From positions 1 to 64,000 of IMG/VR virus record IMGVR_UViG_2974528942_000001: a stretch of DNA of 64,000 nt; one strand, given 5' to 3'. The DNA is from a virus. Lineage: Duplodnaviria > Caudoviricetes. Positions 7,404 to 17,077 of this stretch are shown piece after piece. The number at the start of each line of letters is the position of its first letter. Position 1 is the stretch's first letter. The notes beneath the pieces were generated by a model. The model did not search any database and had not been told where the DNA came from. It was given only the letters and a program-made list of their open reading frames with translations. Made by a program: the position numbers and the translations under genes.

Positions 7404-8801
7404 ATGCCAAAGATGCATCAGGGTCGTCGATTCGATTTGTACTTCGAAGACCCAATCACTTACTACCGGCAGATGATCGAGGCCGGCGAGAGCAATGTGC
7501 TGTTTGATTTCGGCACCATTCGCAAGAAGAAGATCAACCCCTGGATTTGGATGAAGCGTCACTTCCACGGCATGCCGTGGAAGTGCTACATCTCGGGGAA
7601 CTGGTGCACGATCCAGATCGACTATACGTGCGAGATCAACGAGGTGCTCGGCGTCTACCCGAGCTGGGACTACGAGAAGTTCAATACCAAGGAGCTGCGC
7701 GACTACGTCGAGCGCCCGTGGTCTCAGTACGTCATCGACGGGCAGGGCGACTACGCTTCGAAGCCGAATCCCAATCAACCTCATCGCATCTTTGTCCGTG
7801 GTATCTCGGCGGGCCGAAGTCATCAAGAAATTGCGAAGCGCAAGAAGATGACAGAGATTCAGAAAGCCTGCCCCGAGGTGGAGTTCTTTATCATACCTCG
7901 TGCGTACATGTTCGGACTTATGTTCGGCGCCGGGTTCAGTGCGTGTTCGTTCTCGCCGGCCTTCTATTCAACACAGAACGCGGGCCGGGTGATCTTGCCC
8001 AACGGCTACCCGGTGAAGTGGGACGAGATACCTGACTTTCAAAACGCCTTTGATCACCTCGGCTACGATGCTGAGTGGATTCAAGATGATCGACAGAACG
8101 CGATCCTGTTCATGATCGAGTCTGCCCGGTACGCCGCGCACCACTGGGATGATCCGACCGGACCCTTCCACAAAGGTCCACGCATTGCGGCAGACTACAG
8201 CAACCCTGACATGTATGCCGAGGTGCCGTCGTACCAGAACCAGAAGCACTTCACCGCCGAGGCTAACTCGGAGACCGACAAGATTCTATGCAACGCTTGC
8301 TCACTGTGGCGCAAGTGTCCTTCGTACCGTGATGGAGAGGTGTGCAACGTGACAAGCTCTGACACCAGCAAGCTGGTCAAGCTTGCCCAGTCTCGCAACG
8401 CAGACGACGTGGTCAACATGCTCTCGTCGGTTCTGGGTATGCAGGCCGGGCGACTGGAGAAGCGTATCGAGAACGAGGAGCAAGACGAGGACGGCAAGCT
8501 CGATCCCCAGGTTGACAAGCTGGCGAACTCAGTGTTCAAGAACGGCACCACGCTTGCCAAGCTCCTCAACCCCGCGCTCGCCCGGCCACTGGTTCAGGTC
8601 AACGTCGGGGACAGCAACAAGGCCGTGACCGCTGTGGCACAAAGCGATCCCCGCGTCATGGCTGCGTACGTGATGAAGGAGATCGAGAAGGACGGCGTGG
8701 CGCGCGAGGACATCACCAAGGAGATGTTCCAAGAGAAGATGGAGCAGCTCGTCGCCGCGCAGCCACAGCCCTCGGTGATCGAAGGGGAGATCGAGCAGTG
8801 A
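7404..8801 (+). CDS. Terminase-coupled protein: N-terminal region weakly reminiscent of TGT/DpdA barrels, 4-Cys Zn site, helical C-terminus (candidate small terminase)
   Basis: CNACSLWRKC...C motif; GTGA overlap with TerL; likely leaderless start at ATG 7404 (TATGCT 5 nt upstream, no SD). CDS is solid, function is inferred. Confidence 0.5.
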   Translation: MPKMHQGRRFDLYFEDPITYYRQMIEAGESNVLFDFGTIRKKKINPWIWMKRHFHGMPWKCYISGNWCTIQIDYTCEINEVLGVYPSWDYEKFNTKELRDYVERPWSQYVIDGQGDYASKPNPNQPHRIFVRGISAGRSHQEIAKRKKMTEIQKACPEVEFFIIPRAYMFGLMFGAGFSACSFSPAFYSTQNAGRVILPNGYPVKWDEIPDFQNAFDHLGYDAEWIQDDRQNAILFMIESARYAAHHWDDPTGPFHKGPRIAADYSNPDMYAEVPSYQNQKHFTAEANSETDKILCNACSLWRKCPSYRDGEVCNVTSSDTSKLVKLAQSRNADDVVNMLSSVLGMQAGRLEKRIENEEQDEDGKLDPQVDKLANSVFKNGTTLAKLLNPALARPLVQVNVGDSNKAVTAVAQSDPRVMAAYVMKEIEKDGVAREDITKEMFQEKMEQLVAAQPQPSVIEGEIEQ

Positions 8802-10765
8802 ACAATGGCGCCTTTGAGGAGATGGAGTGGCTCTCCGAGAACCCCGCGTTCTGGATGCGCCCTGCGAATATCCGGGAGTTCGTCGGTCCCGGATACCTCA
8901 ATGAGCGCAATGTCCGACCCGGCATCATGCAGGCACTCGTCGAGACGTTCGGCGAGAAGGTCAATCCGTACTCGCTGAGTCCCAAGCGCAAGGCGGTGAT
9001 CACCGGCGCGATCGGCATCGGCAAGTCTACCTACGCCGCCATTGCGCTGTGTTACATGGTGCACTGGGTTAAGTGCTTGAAGAATCCCAAGGAGTTCTAC
9101 AACCTCTCAGAGGATTCCATCATCGGATTCATGATGATGAGTACCACCGAGAAGCTCGCACGTGAAGTCATCTTCCAAAAGGTCAAGCGACGTATCGAGA
9201 AGTCGCAGTGGTTCAAGGACCACACCGAGATCGAGAACCAGAAGCTCGAACGGCAGATGCGATTCGTCGGAGACATCTGGATCGTGCCCGGTTCCTCGGA
9301 GGAGACAAGCTTCGAAGGTTACGACATTCTCGGCGGGATCGTAGACGAGGGTGACTCGCACAAGGTGACCGAGCGCAAGAACTACGCGATGGCCGGGTAT
9401 ACCACGATCGAGTCTCGTATCAAGTCTCGATTCACTGACTTCAAAGCCAAGAACCACCGCGGCCTGATCATCTGTATCGGACAGTCCAAGTCCAAGTCCG
9501 GGTTCATGATGACCAAGTACCGGGAGTTCGAGAAGGACCCCGATGGCGTGGCACTGCGTCTTTCGCTGTGGGAATCCTACGGCTGGTACAACTACACCAA
9601 AGATCCCAACGACGTTGACCGTGGGATCGAAACGGCAGAGCGCGACAGCTTCTACTACGACATGCGCAAGCGGCTGCTCCTGGAAAAGGAGACCGCACTG
9701 CTGGTCATGAACAACAACCTCATCGAGGTGCCCAACACTTACCGTAGCGACTTCGAGGCCGACCCCGTGAAGGCCCTCCGCGACCTGGGCGGAATCCCGC
9801 CCGAGATAGAAGATCCGTTCATCTCCCAGGTGGACAAGATCTTGAAGGCACAGGAGAAGTGGCATGAGCGAGTCGGCGTACAAGAATCCCCCGCAGGTCA
9901 CGGCAATAGTCTTGATAAGATTGAGTTGCCTGATTGGTTTCGGCCTATTGGCATTTCTTCTGATTTTCGCCGTGTCATTCATATTGACACAGCGTATTCT
10001 CCTGATGGTGACGCCCTTGGCTTTGCGATGGGCCACGTCCCGGAGAAGATCTTCCAACATGAAGAAGAGCGACCCGTCGTAGTCTACGACCTGTTGCTAC
10101 GACTGCAAGCCACAGCGTCGCAGGAGATCAACTTCGGTAGGGTGCGCGAGTTCATCTACAAGCTTCGTGACACCTACGGCTTCGACATCGACATGGTGAC
10201 AGTCGACGGGTTCAACTCGATGGACTTCATTCAGCAGCTTCGACGCAACAAGATCAAGGCTGACTACCTATCTGTCGATAAGAACAAGGCGCCGTACGAA
10301 GACTTGCGCGACATCATTCACGAGGGTCGCACCGAGTTTCCCCTTTACATGGTGCCCTACGCTCGCACTGATACCGCACTGACAAACATCGCTTACAAGG
10401 AATTATCAGAGGTACGCGACGTCGGCCGCAAGATCGATCACCCGGTCGACGGGTCCAAGGACGTGGCAGACGGTATGGCAGGCGTAGCGCATGTGCTGAT
10501 CAGCAATACGAAGTACATGCGGGAGGCGCGCACCGTCGAGCCCGATGATGACAGCCCTCGCGAGCGCGTGGTAGAGAACGTGGAGGAACTGTTCAGCTCC
10601 TTCGATGTGGAGAGTGCAACACTCGAAGAAGCTGCGTCGTTTAAGCCGGTCTCGTTCGAAGACTTCAAGCGGACGGAGACTGGACTTCCTTCGATGGAGG
10701 ATCTATCTCGGCTGATGAACGGTGACGGAACTCCAGGCTTTCCCATGGGAGAGAGACTGCTTTAG
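8798..10765 (+). CDS. terL: Terminase large subunit
   Basis: Walker A GAIGIGKST, Walker B IVDE, RNase H-like nuclease IHIDTA ... KDVADG. Confidence 0.92.
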   Translation: MNNGAFEEMEWLSENPAFWMRPANIREFVGPGYLNERNVRPGIMQALVETFGEKVNPYSLSPKRKAVITGAIGIGKSTYAAIALCYMVHWVKCLKNPKEFYNLSEDSIIGFMMMSTTEKLAREVIFQKVKRRIEKSQWFKDHTEIENQKLERQMRFVGDIWIVPGSSEETSFEGYDILGGIVDEGDSHKVTERKNYAMAGYTTIESRIKSRFTDFKAKNHRGLIICIGQSKSKSGFMMTKYREFEKDPDGVALRLSLWESYGWYNYTKDPNDVDRGIETAERDSFYYDMRKRLLLEKETALLVMNNNLIEVPNTYRSDFEADPVKALRDLGGIPPEIEDPFISQVDKILKAQEKWHERVGVQESPAGHGNSLDKIELPDWFRPIGISSDFRRVIHIDTAYSPDGDALGFAMGHVPEKIFQHEEERPVVVYDLLLRLQATASQEINFGRVREFIYKLRDTYGFDIDMVTVDGFNSMDFIQQLRRNKIKADYLSVDKNKAPYEDLRDIIHEGRTEFPLYMVPYARTDTALTNIAYKELSEVRDVGRKIDHPVDGSKDVADGMAGVAHVLISNTKYMREARTVEPDDDSPRERVVENVEELFSSFDVESATLEEAASFKPVSFEDFKRTETGLPSMEDLSRLMNGDGTPGFPMGERLL

Positions 10766-10794
10766 GAGTGGTGTGCTCGACAGGGCACTCGGCA

Positions 10795-10803
10795 TGGTAT
10801 AGT
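10795..10803 (+). promoter_or_regulatory. Extended -10 promoter upstream of portal
   Basis: TGG-TATAGT in the terL-portal intergenic gap. Confidence 0.45.
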
Positions 10804-10871
10804 GTGTCGCCCTAAATCAAGGCGTCGTTTCGCAACAGTGCGATCCCTCGCTAAAGGTTTAGGAGATTACG

Positions 10872-12617
10872 TTGAGCATGCCGCAGCTGTTTGGCCCCAA
10901 TGGCCAGTCGATGCAGCAGTACCTGGAGACCAAGGAGTTCGCGGGTCGCCCCAAGAACCCGAAGCCGATTGTCGGAGATGCATTCTCCGACTGGGCAGGA
11001 ATGTCGAAAGACTTCCTGCACCTACCCGGCGGTGGCGCGATTCAGTTCGACACCTCACGTCTCACCATGGCGGACTTCCGTCGCATGTCCGAGCATTACC
11101 AGATCGCGTCGAGTATCTATGTGCTGACCTTCATGTTGCACCAGCTCGATTGGAAGCTCGAGGGCGACGATAAGAAGGTCAACGACTGGTGCGCCTACAA
11201 CCTTGAGCTGGTGTGGACGCGACTGGTGCGATCGTTCAGCTCTGCATTCACGTTCGGCTTCAGCGCCAACGCTGTGGAGTGGGAGAACGATTCCAACGAG
11301 GGCAAGCTCCGCATGAACAAGATTAAGGACCTTGTTCCTGACGAGTGTGACGTGAATTGGAAGTACGTCAAGTCCTCACTCAAGAGCGAGTCGGGACTCA
11401 CGCCTGCGCCCGATGTGCCGATCTTTGACGGCATCAAGAAGCGCGGCTCGATCTACAAGGTGCCGGTGGAGAACTCCTTGTGGTACCCGCTGCTCATGCG
11501 CCACGGCAACTACTACGGCACTCGACTTCTTCGCACCGCGTTCCAGCCGTGGTTCTTCTCGAGCCTCATCCACCTGTACCAGAACAAGTACTTCGAGCGC
11601 TTTGGCGAGCCGGTTCCGATCGGTCGTGCGCCCTACACTGACAAGGTGAAGGTCGGCAACAAGTCCGTTCACGGCTACGAGCTGATGTCGAACATTCTCG
11701 CGAACATCAGGTCTCGATCCGCGGTGGTGCTGCCGAACTCGCGTAGCAAAGAGGGCATGAATGATCAGCCCGAGTTCGATTACCAGGTCGAGTACCTGGA
11801 GTCCCAGATGCGCGGAGCGGACTTCGAGCGCTACCTCACCCGCCTGGACGAGGAGATGAGCCTTGCACTCTTTACACCCCTACTGCTGCTGCGGACTGCC
11901 GATGCAGGTGGATTCAACCAGGGGATCGCTCACACTCAGGTGTACCAATGGATGCTCAACGCAGTATCGGGCGACTGGGCCGAGTATATCGACAAGTACG
12001 TTTTGCGGCCAATGGCTATCTATAACTTCGGGCCTAAGGCAAAACTTCCCCGAATCAAGTTCCGTAAGCTCGGTACCGCCCAGCAGGAGACGCTGCGCGC
12101 CATCGTCCAGTCCCTGATCTCCAAGGATAAGGTGATGCCTGACATCGTCGAGCTTGGTCAGCACATCGGTCTCTCGCTAACCGAGGTCGAGGAAGTCATG
12201 GAGAAGAATCCCGACGACGCTGGCATTCACCCCGAGCAAGATGACGATCCGGACGCCGAAGGTGACCGTCGCAGCGGGCGGCCGGAACGGCTCAAAGATG
12301 AAGACCTCAAGCCCGGTGCCACCACAAAGCAGATCACGCAGCGGATACACGAGCAGATCAATCGTGTGTACAAACTTGATCTATTCAACGAGTGGACTCC
12401 TGCTCCGGGATTCAACAAGCAACTAGCCGCCGAACTACAAGCAAACGGCCACCCGGACGCACGGCGGGCGGCAACGGCGTTCACCGGCGCGGCCATCACC
12501 GCGATGACCGACGCAGCAAGACTGGGCACCAAAGTCTTCCCGACGCCGGACGCCATGAAGGACTACGCCACCAAGATTCTCGAGTCTGAAACGGAGAAGA
12601 TGTATGCCTCTGCCTGA
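10872..12617 (+). CDS. Portal protein (Mu gp29/DUF935-like)
   Basis: Follows TerL; RLLRTAFQPWFF and FERFGEP motifs typical of Mu-type portals. Confidence 0.85.
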   Translation: MSMPQLFGPNGQSMQQYLETKEFAGRPKNPKPIVGDAFSDWAGMSKDFLHLPGGGAIQFDTSRLTMADFRRMSEHYQIASSIYVLTFMLHQLDWKLEGDDKKVNDWCAYNLELVWTRLVRSFSSAFTFGFSANAVEWENDSNEGKLRMNKIKDLVPDECDVNWKYVKSSLKSESGLTPAPDVPIFDGIKKRGSIYKVPVENSLWYPLLMRHGNYYGTRLLRTAFQPWFFSSLIHLYQNKYFERFGEPVPIGRAPYTDKVKVGNKSVHGYELMSNILANIRSRSAVVLPNSRSKEGMNDQPEFDYQVEYLESQMRGADFERYLTRLDEEMSLALFTPLLLLRTADAGGFNQGIAHTQVYQWMLNAVSGDWAEYIDKYVLRPMAIYNFGPKAKLPRIKFRKLGTAQQETLRAIVQSLISKDKVMPDIVELGQHIGLSLTEVEEVMEKNPDDAGIHPEQDDDPDAEGDRRSGRPERLKDEDLKPGATTKQITQRIHEQINRVYKLDLFNEWTPAPGFNKQLAAELQANGHPDARRAATAFTGAAITAMTDAARLGTKVFPTPDAMKDYATKILESETEKMYASA

Positions 12618-14997
12618 GATCGCACTCGATCCCACCGAGTACGGCACCGTCACCTGGACGGGCCTCATCTCCAGGATCGACTCCGTGGTGGACCCTGATG
12701 ACCTGCCCGACAAGTCCCCCGTCACCGGCAGTATCATCTTCAAGCCGAGCGCTGGCGCACTCAAGTTCCTCGGGGCCAGCCCCGTGTTCACGATGTTCTT
12801 GATCGACAGAACAGTGAACATCGTCGATGCGCAGGTTGATGAACAGGGTCGCAAGTATATCAAGCTCGAATCGAACTCTGCACACTCCACGCCGGAAGCG
12901 TTCACGTGGACTGCGGTGTTCAACCTCGAGTACGAGGGCAAGATCATACGGGTGCCGGATGCGAAGTTCTCCCTGCAGCCTGGACAGGTTCTCGATCTGT
13001 CGACTGTCATCTCGTCCGCCGAGGTTACCTACTACACGCCGATTCAGGTTTCAGCTGCGGTGGCTGCGCGCGAGGGTGCCGAGGCTGCGCGCGACGAGAC
13101 GGTCACCATCAAGGACGAAGTCGTCGAAGCTGCCGAAACTGTCGATGCAAAGATCGGTGCCATCCCGATTACCGCCTTGCCGGAAGAAGTTTCGGACGCG
13201 CGGTACTCGCCGCGTATCCCGACCTATCAGGCGCAGCTGCTCGGCTCGGCAATGAAGAAGCTGCGCCTTGGGCAAAACGTCAAGATTGTCTGTCGTGGCG
13301 ACTCGACTACCTACGGTCACGACACTGTCTCGTCTGATCGTGTTCCCGCGCCGGACGTCACCCTGCCTGATGGAACGAAGCCGATCTACACTCGGTCGCC
13401 AGTTCCATTCCCGCAGGCGATGGAGAACTTTCTGAATCAGACCTACGGCAACATCGTCACGGTCGAGAACCAGGGGCATTCCGGCGACTGGGTTCAGCGC
13501 GGTATGACCCGCTGGCTCAACAACGTTAACGCTGACATCACGGTGATCAGCTACGGAATCAACGATGCACTTTCGACTGGCGTGCCGGTGGAGTTGCGAG
13601 GCAACATCGCCGAGTACATCACCGCCACCGAGCAGATGATTCTTCGTGATCTTGCGTGGGGATCGGCGGTCGTTCTCATGGCGCCGATCCGCCAGCGCGG
13701 TCCTGTCGGAAGTCCCGACGTGGACGCTTACCGCAATGCGCTTCGTGGGTTGGCTGACTCGTACGGCATCCCACTGATCGAGACCGAGGAGTTCTTGATC
13801 ACCGCGCCCTGGGATTGCTGGTCCGATGGCAATCACCTCAACACCAAGGGCAACGGGATCATGGGTGCGCGTCTCGCCGCACTGTTCGTGGGAGAGGGTC
13901 CGCTTAAGAAGAACATTGTTGAGCCGGGGTCGAAGCTACTCGGGCGTCCGACTCTGGACAACCTGGTTCTTCGTGGCGCGATCCAGACCAGCTCGTCCGG
14001 GTTCGGAACACCTCGCGACGAGGCCGCCATGGCGGCGGGAGTGGCGGTCGGGTTCCAGGGTGGTGGCACAGATGCACTCGACGGCGTGGCGACGTGGTCG
14101 TTCTACACGGAGTCGCCCGACGTCGTACTCATTCCACTGTCGTACATCAACGGCAACCACGCAGGGGAGACCGGGGCGCAGATCTCCTACGAGCTTGACT
14201 TCGCTGTCGAGCAGGGGCAGAACTACAACGGCGAGGTCGTGAGCCCCGGCGTCGGCGGCAACGGAACACTGTCACCAAGTTGGAAGATACATGGACCGTA
14301 TGCAACTGGTCAGGCCGCCAACTACATGAGCGATCCGTTGACGAACCCGCTGGCAATCAGGGTCTCGACTCCGGGCTGGCATACGTTCCGAGCTATCTTC
14401 CATCGTACCGTCACTGCAGTAACCACAGTGACGCACATGGTCGAGGCGTTCGATTGGCGCACCTATCAGCAGATGCGCAAGCCTGTTGACTACACTCCGA
14501 TCCTCACCGCACTCCAGGCTAAGCACATCGGCGTGCCGAACTCGCTTGATGAGTCTACCGACATACTCACAACGAAGGTGAACTGGCCCGCGCTGATCCA
14601 ATCGCTTGGTGTTCCGAGCTGGACCAATCAGTACTACAAGGCGCCGATCCTCAAGATGACGGTTCGCACCTACGGCGTCGGTGTGGTTCAGTACGCATTC
14701 CTCGCGACCGTCCGCCCGGACCTGGCTGGTGCCGATGTGGCGCAACGAGCGGTGGATGCTTATGGAGCATCGGAGCCTTCGTCTGGGATTGCATTCGTAC
14801 GCAAGCTCGGCGCAGGGTTCTCTACTCTGTCCACAGGCAACCCACCAGAGACCAATCCACTGGGTCGTGAGCTTGCGTACATCGCTTACGAAGCGGCAAC
14901 GCAATCGCTGGTGTTCACCTGGCGTACCGTCAACTCGGGAGACTCCACAGCAAAGAACATGAAGAAGAACTTCGTGCTTGACTTCACGTTGTTCTGA
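12604..14997 (+). CDS. Virion fibre-like protein with SGNH/GDSL hydrolase domain
   Basis: N-terminal anchor like actinophage minor tail proteins; SGNH blocks GDS (13297), NQGHSG, GIND, DGNH (13825). Confidence 0.7.
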   Translation: MPLPEIALDPTEYGTVTWTGLISRIDSVVDPDDLPDKSPVTGSIIFKPSAGALKFLGASPVFTMFLIDRTVNIVDAQVDEQGRKYIKLESNSAHSTPEAFTWTAVFNLEYEGKIIRVPDAKFSLQPGQVLDLSTVISSAEVTYYTPIQVSAAVAAREGAEAARDETVTIKDEVVEAAETVDAKIGAIPITALPEEVSDARYSPRIPTYQAQLLGSAMKKLRLGQNVKIVCRGDSTTYGHDTVSSDRVPAPDVTLPDGTKPIYTRSPVPFPQAMENFLNQTYGNIVTVENQGHSGDWVQRGMTRWLNNVNADITVISYGINDALSTGVPVELRGNIAEYITATEQMILRDLAWGSAVVLMAPIRQRGPVGSPDVDAYRNALRGLADSYGIPLIETEEFLITAPWDCWSDGNHLNTKGNGIMGARLAALFVGEGPLKKNIVEPGSKLLGRPTLDNLVLRGAIQTSSSGFGTPRDEAAMAAGVAVGFQGGGTDALDGVATWSFYTESPDVVLIPLSYINGNHAGETGAQISYELDFAVEQGQNYNGEVVSPGVGGNGTLSPSWKIHGPYATGQAANYMSDPLTNPLAIRVSTPGWHTFRAIFHRTVTAVTTVTHMVEAFDWRTYQQMRKPVDYTPILTALQAKHIGVPNSLDESTDILTTKVNWPALIQSLGVPSWTNQYYKAPILKMTVRTYGVGVVQYAFLATVRPDLAGADVAQRAVDAYGASEPSSGIAFVRKLGAGFSTLSTGNPPETNPLGRELAYIAYEAATQSLVFTWRTVNSGDSTAKNMKKNFVLDFTLF

Positions 14998-15020
14998 TCA
15001 GCGTCAATAGAGAGGGTGAC

Positions 15021-15329
15021 ATGAGCACCACGGCAACACAGCACGAACTGAGATGTGACTGTTCAAGTCATAGGCTGCTTGCGCATTACGGGGTGGACGA
15101 GAACGGTAAGCTGTATGTTCTCGTCGCCTCGTTCCGCAACCGCAAACCAACCACCAAGATCTTCAGCAATCACTCCATGAAGATATTTTGCCCTTCGTGT
15201 GAGCGCTGGTTCTCCGTGGTGATCAACAACCAGGAGATTTCCAAGCAGGAGATGCGACTACCTCCGGCACTGCCGGGGGAGCGAGTAATGAAAAGAGTAG
15301 TGCTGGACAATGGCAAACCGAGGCTGTAG
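15021..15329 (+). CDS. Zn-ribbon protein, Com-like
   Basis: LRCDCSSHRLLA...KIFCPSCERW resembles the Mu Com pattern RCxxC-x-LL...I-x-CPRC. Confidence 0.45.
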   Translation: MSTTATQHELRCDCSSHRLLAHYGVDENGKLYVLVASFRNRKPTTKIFSNHSMKIFCPSCERWFSVVINNQEISKQEMRLPPALPGERVMKRVVLDNGKPRL

Positions 15330-15342
15330 GGTACGGTGAATT

Positions 15343-16554
15343 ATGGGCCAAGATACGATGACCACCGAGCAGGTGCGTAACTGCGTCTTCGTTCGGAACC
15401 TGGGACCAGGGTCGGGGCTCTTCGAGAAGAAGCGCCAAGATGGTCAGACGTCGTTGATCATCGAGGGCAAGCCGATCTTCCGTAGCGGCAACTTCGAGGA
15501 CAGCAACGGGTTCGCTCACGAGTGGGAAACGCTGCACATGCAGCAGATGTGCGACCACTACACACTCCTGAAGGATCGCGAGATATTCGCGGACATTCCC
15601 GTTCGCAAAGGCCACGTCGACTGGGGTGGCATCTTCAGTGATCCCGTTCGCAACGCGATGGACGAGCTCATCGGGTACATGACGAACTTCCGCACGGAGG
15701 ATCGCAAGAACCCGACCGATGGTCAGACGTACACCTACCTCCTCGCAGACCTCGAGATCCTCGAGGAGACCGCGATCAAGAACATCAAGAGCGGTCTGTG
15801 GAGGAACGTCTCCGCTGAGATCAGTGGATACCGCACCAACGCTGGGGCAGAGTACTGGCCCGTGATGATGGGCGTGGCCTACGTGGACATGCCCGCAGTC
15901 GAGGGACTCAAGTCCCAGCATTCCAAGGCAAAGAACAATTTCAGTCTGATCCTGGAGGACGACATGAACACGCAGAACGGCAACACCGATCAGCAGCAGG
16001 CCGCTCCCCCGGCACCGCCCGCCGCGCCCGCAGCTCCGGCCGTCCCGCAGAATTTCCAGCAGCCCGCCGCACCGGCGACTCCGTTCCAGTTCAAGATCGC
16101 CGGCAAGGACAGCAGCGATTACGCCGCGGTCCAGGCGCACATCGCCAGCCTCGAGTCGCGCAACGAGACCCTCGAGACCGCACACCGCGAACAGTTCCAG
16201 GCCAGCAAGGCCGCGTTCGTGAAGTCGCTGGTGGACACCAACAAGCTCCCCGCGCCCTCGCAGGACGACACCCTGGAGTACGCGAAGGATCTCGACGAGA
16301 CCCAGTTCGCCTCCTGGAAGAAGATGATGGAAGGGCTGCCCGTCATCGGCATCACCGGCCAGCAGGGAGCGGGGTTCAGCCAGAGCCACGAGCAGGTCCA
16401 GCAGGGAGATCAGACCCAGGACAAGATCGCTTCCCTGAAGGGCATCATCTCGATGCACCAGTCGGGCGGCATGTCTCGCGATGCGATCATCGAGACGCCG
16501 ACCTACAAGGAACTGATCATGCTCGACAAGAACTACACGCTGCCCACGTTCTAG
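15343..16554 (+). CDS. Capsid maturation protease / scaffold fusion (Mu I-like)
   Basis: KGH, NVSAEI, GVAYVDMPAVEGL motifs then Pro/Ala linker and helical scaffold region; directly upstream of capsid genes. Confidence 0.75.
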   Translation: MGQDTMTTEQVRNCVFVRNLGPGSGLFEKKRQDGQTSLIIEGKPIFRSGNFEDSNGFAHEWETLHMQQMCDHYTLLKDREIFADIPVRKGHVDWGGIFSDPVRNAMDELIGYMTNFRTEDRKNPTDGQTYTYLLADLEILEETAIKNIKSGLWRNVSAEISGYRTNAGAEYWPVMMGVAYVDMPAVEGLKSQHSKAKNNFSLILEDDMNTQNGNTDQQQAAPPAPPAAPAAPAVPQNFQQPAAPATPFQFKIAGKDSSDYAAVQAHIASLESRNETLETAHREQFQASKAAFVKSLVDTNKLPAPSQDDTLEYAKDLDETQFASWKKMMEGLPVIGITGQQGAGFSQSHEQVQQGDQTQDKIASLKGIISMHQSGGMSRDAIIETPTYKELIMLDKNYTLPTF

Positions 16555-16597
16555 TCCGTCCCCGTCACCCGACGAATCAACAGAAGGAAGAATCACA

Positions 16598-17065
16598 ATG
16601 GCTGACTTCGTGAGTGGTCGCGAGGACTACGCGACTCACGGCAAGCGACAGATCCTCCGGCACGCACACCCAGGCTCGTACAACGTCCAGTCCAAGACCG
16701 TCTCGCACGCCGAGTTCCCCACCGAGGAGATCGACGGCCACGAGCAGAAGGTCCTGAACGAGGGCGAGGTGCTGGTGGCCCTGACCTCCGGCCCGCAGGC
16801 GGGCAAGTGCGTTCCGTTCCAGCTCGATCCGGCAACTCCTTTCACCGACGGTCGGTCCACTCTGGCCAACGTCGTCGGCGTGAACAAGGACTACTTCGGT
16901 GCGCAGCTGATGGACCGTGACGTGGAGACCGGCAACCTCGTTCACGGGCACCTGGTCCAGGCTTGGTGCACGATCCGCAATGCAGACGGCGAGCGGGTGG
17001 CGTTGCCCAACAACGTCGCCGATGCGCTGCGCGCCAAGAAGAACCTCCAGATCCAGTTCTCGTAA
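16598..17065 (+). CDS. Capsid decoration protein
   Basis: 155 aa between scaffold and MCP, strong SD, high GC3. Confidence 0.6.
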   Translation: MADFVSGREDYATHGKRQILRHAHPGSYNVQSKTVSHAEFPTEEIDGHEQKVLNEGEVLVALTSGPQAGKCVPFQLDPATPFTDGRSTLANVVGVNKDYFGAQLMDRDVETGNLVHGHLVQAWCTIRNADGERVALPNNVADALRAKKNLQIQFS

Positions 17066-17077
17066 GGAGAGACGACC

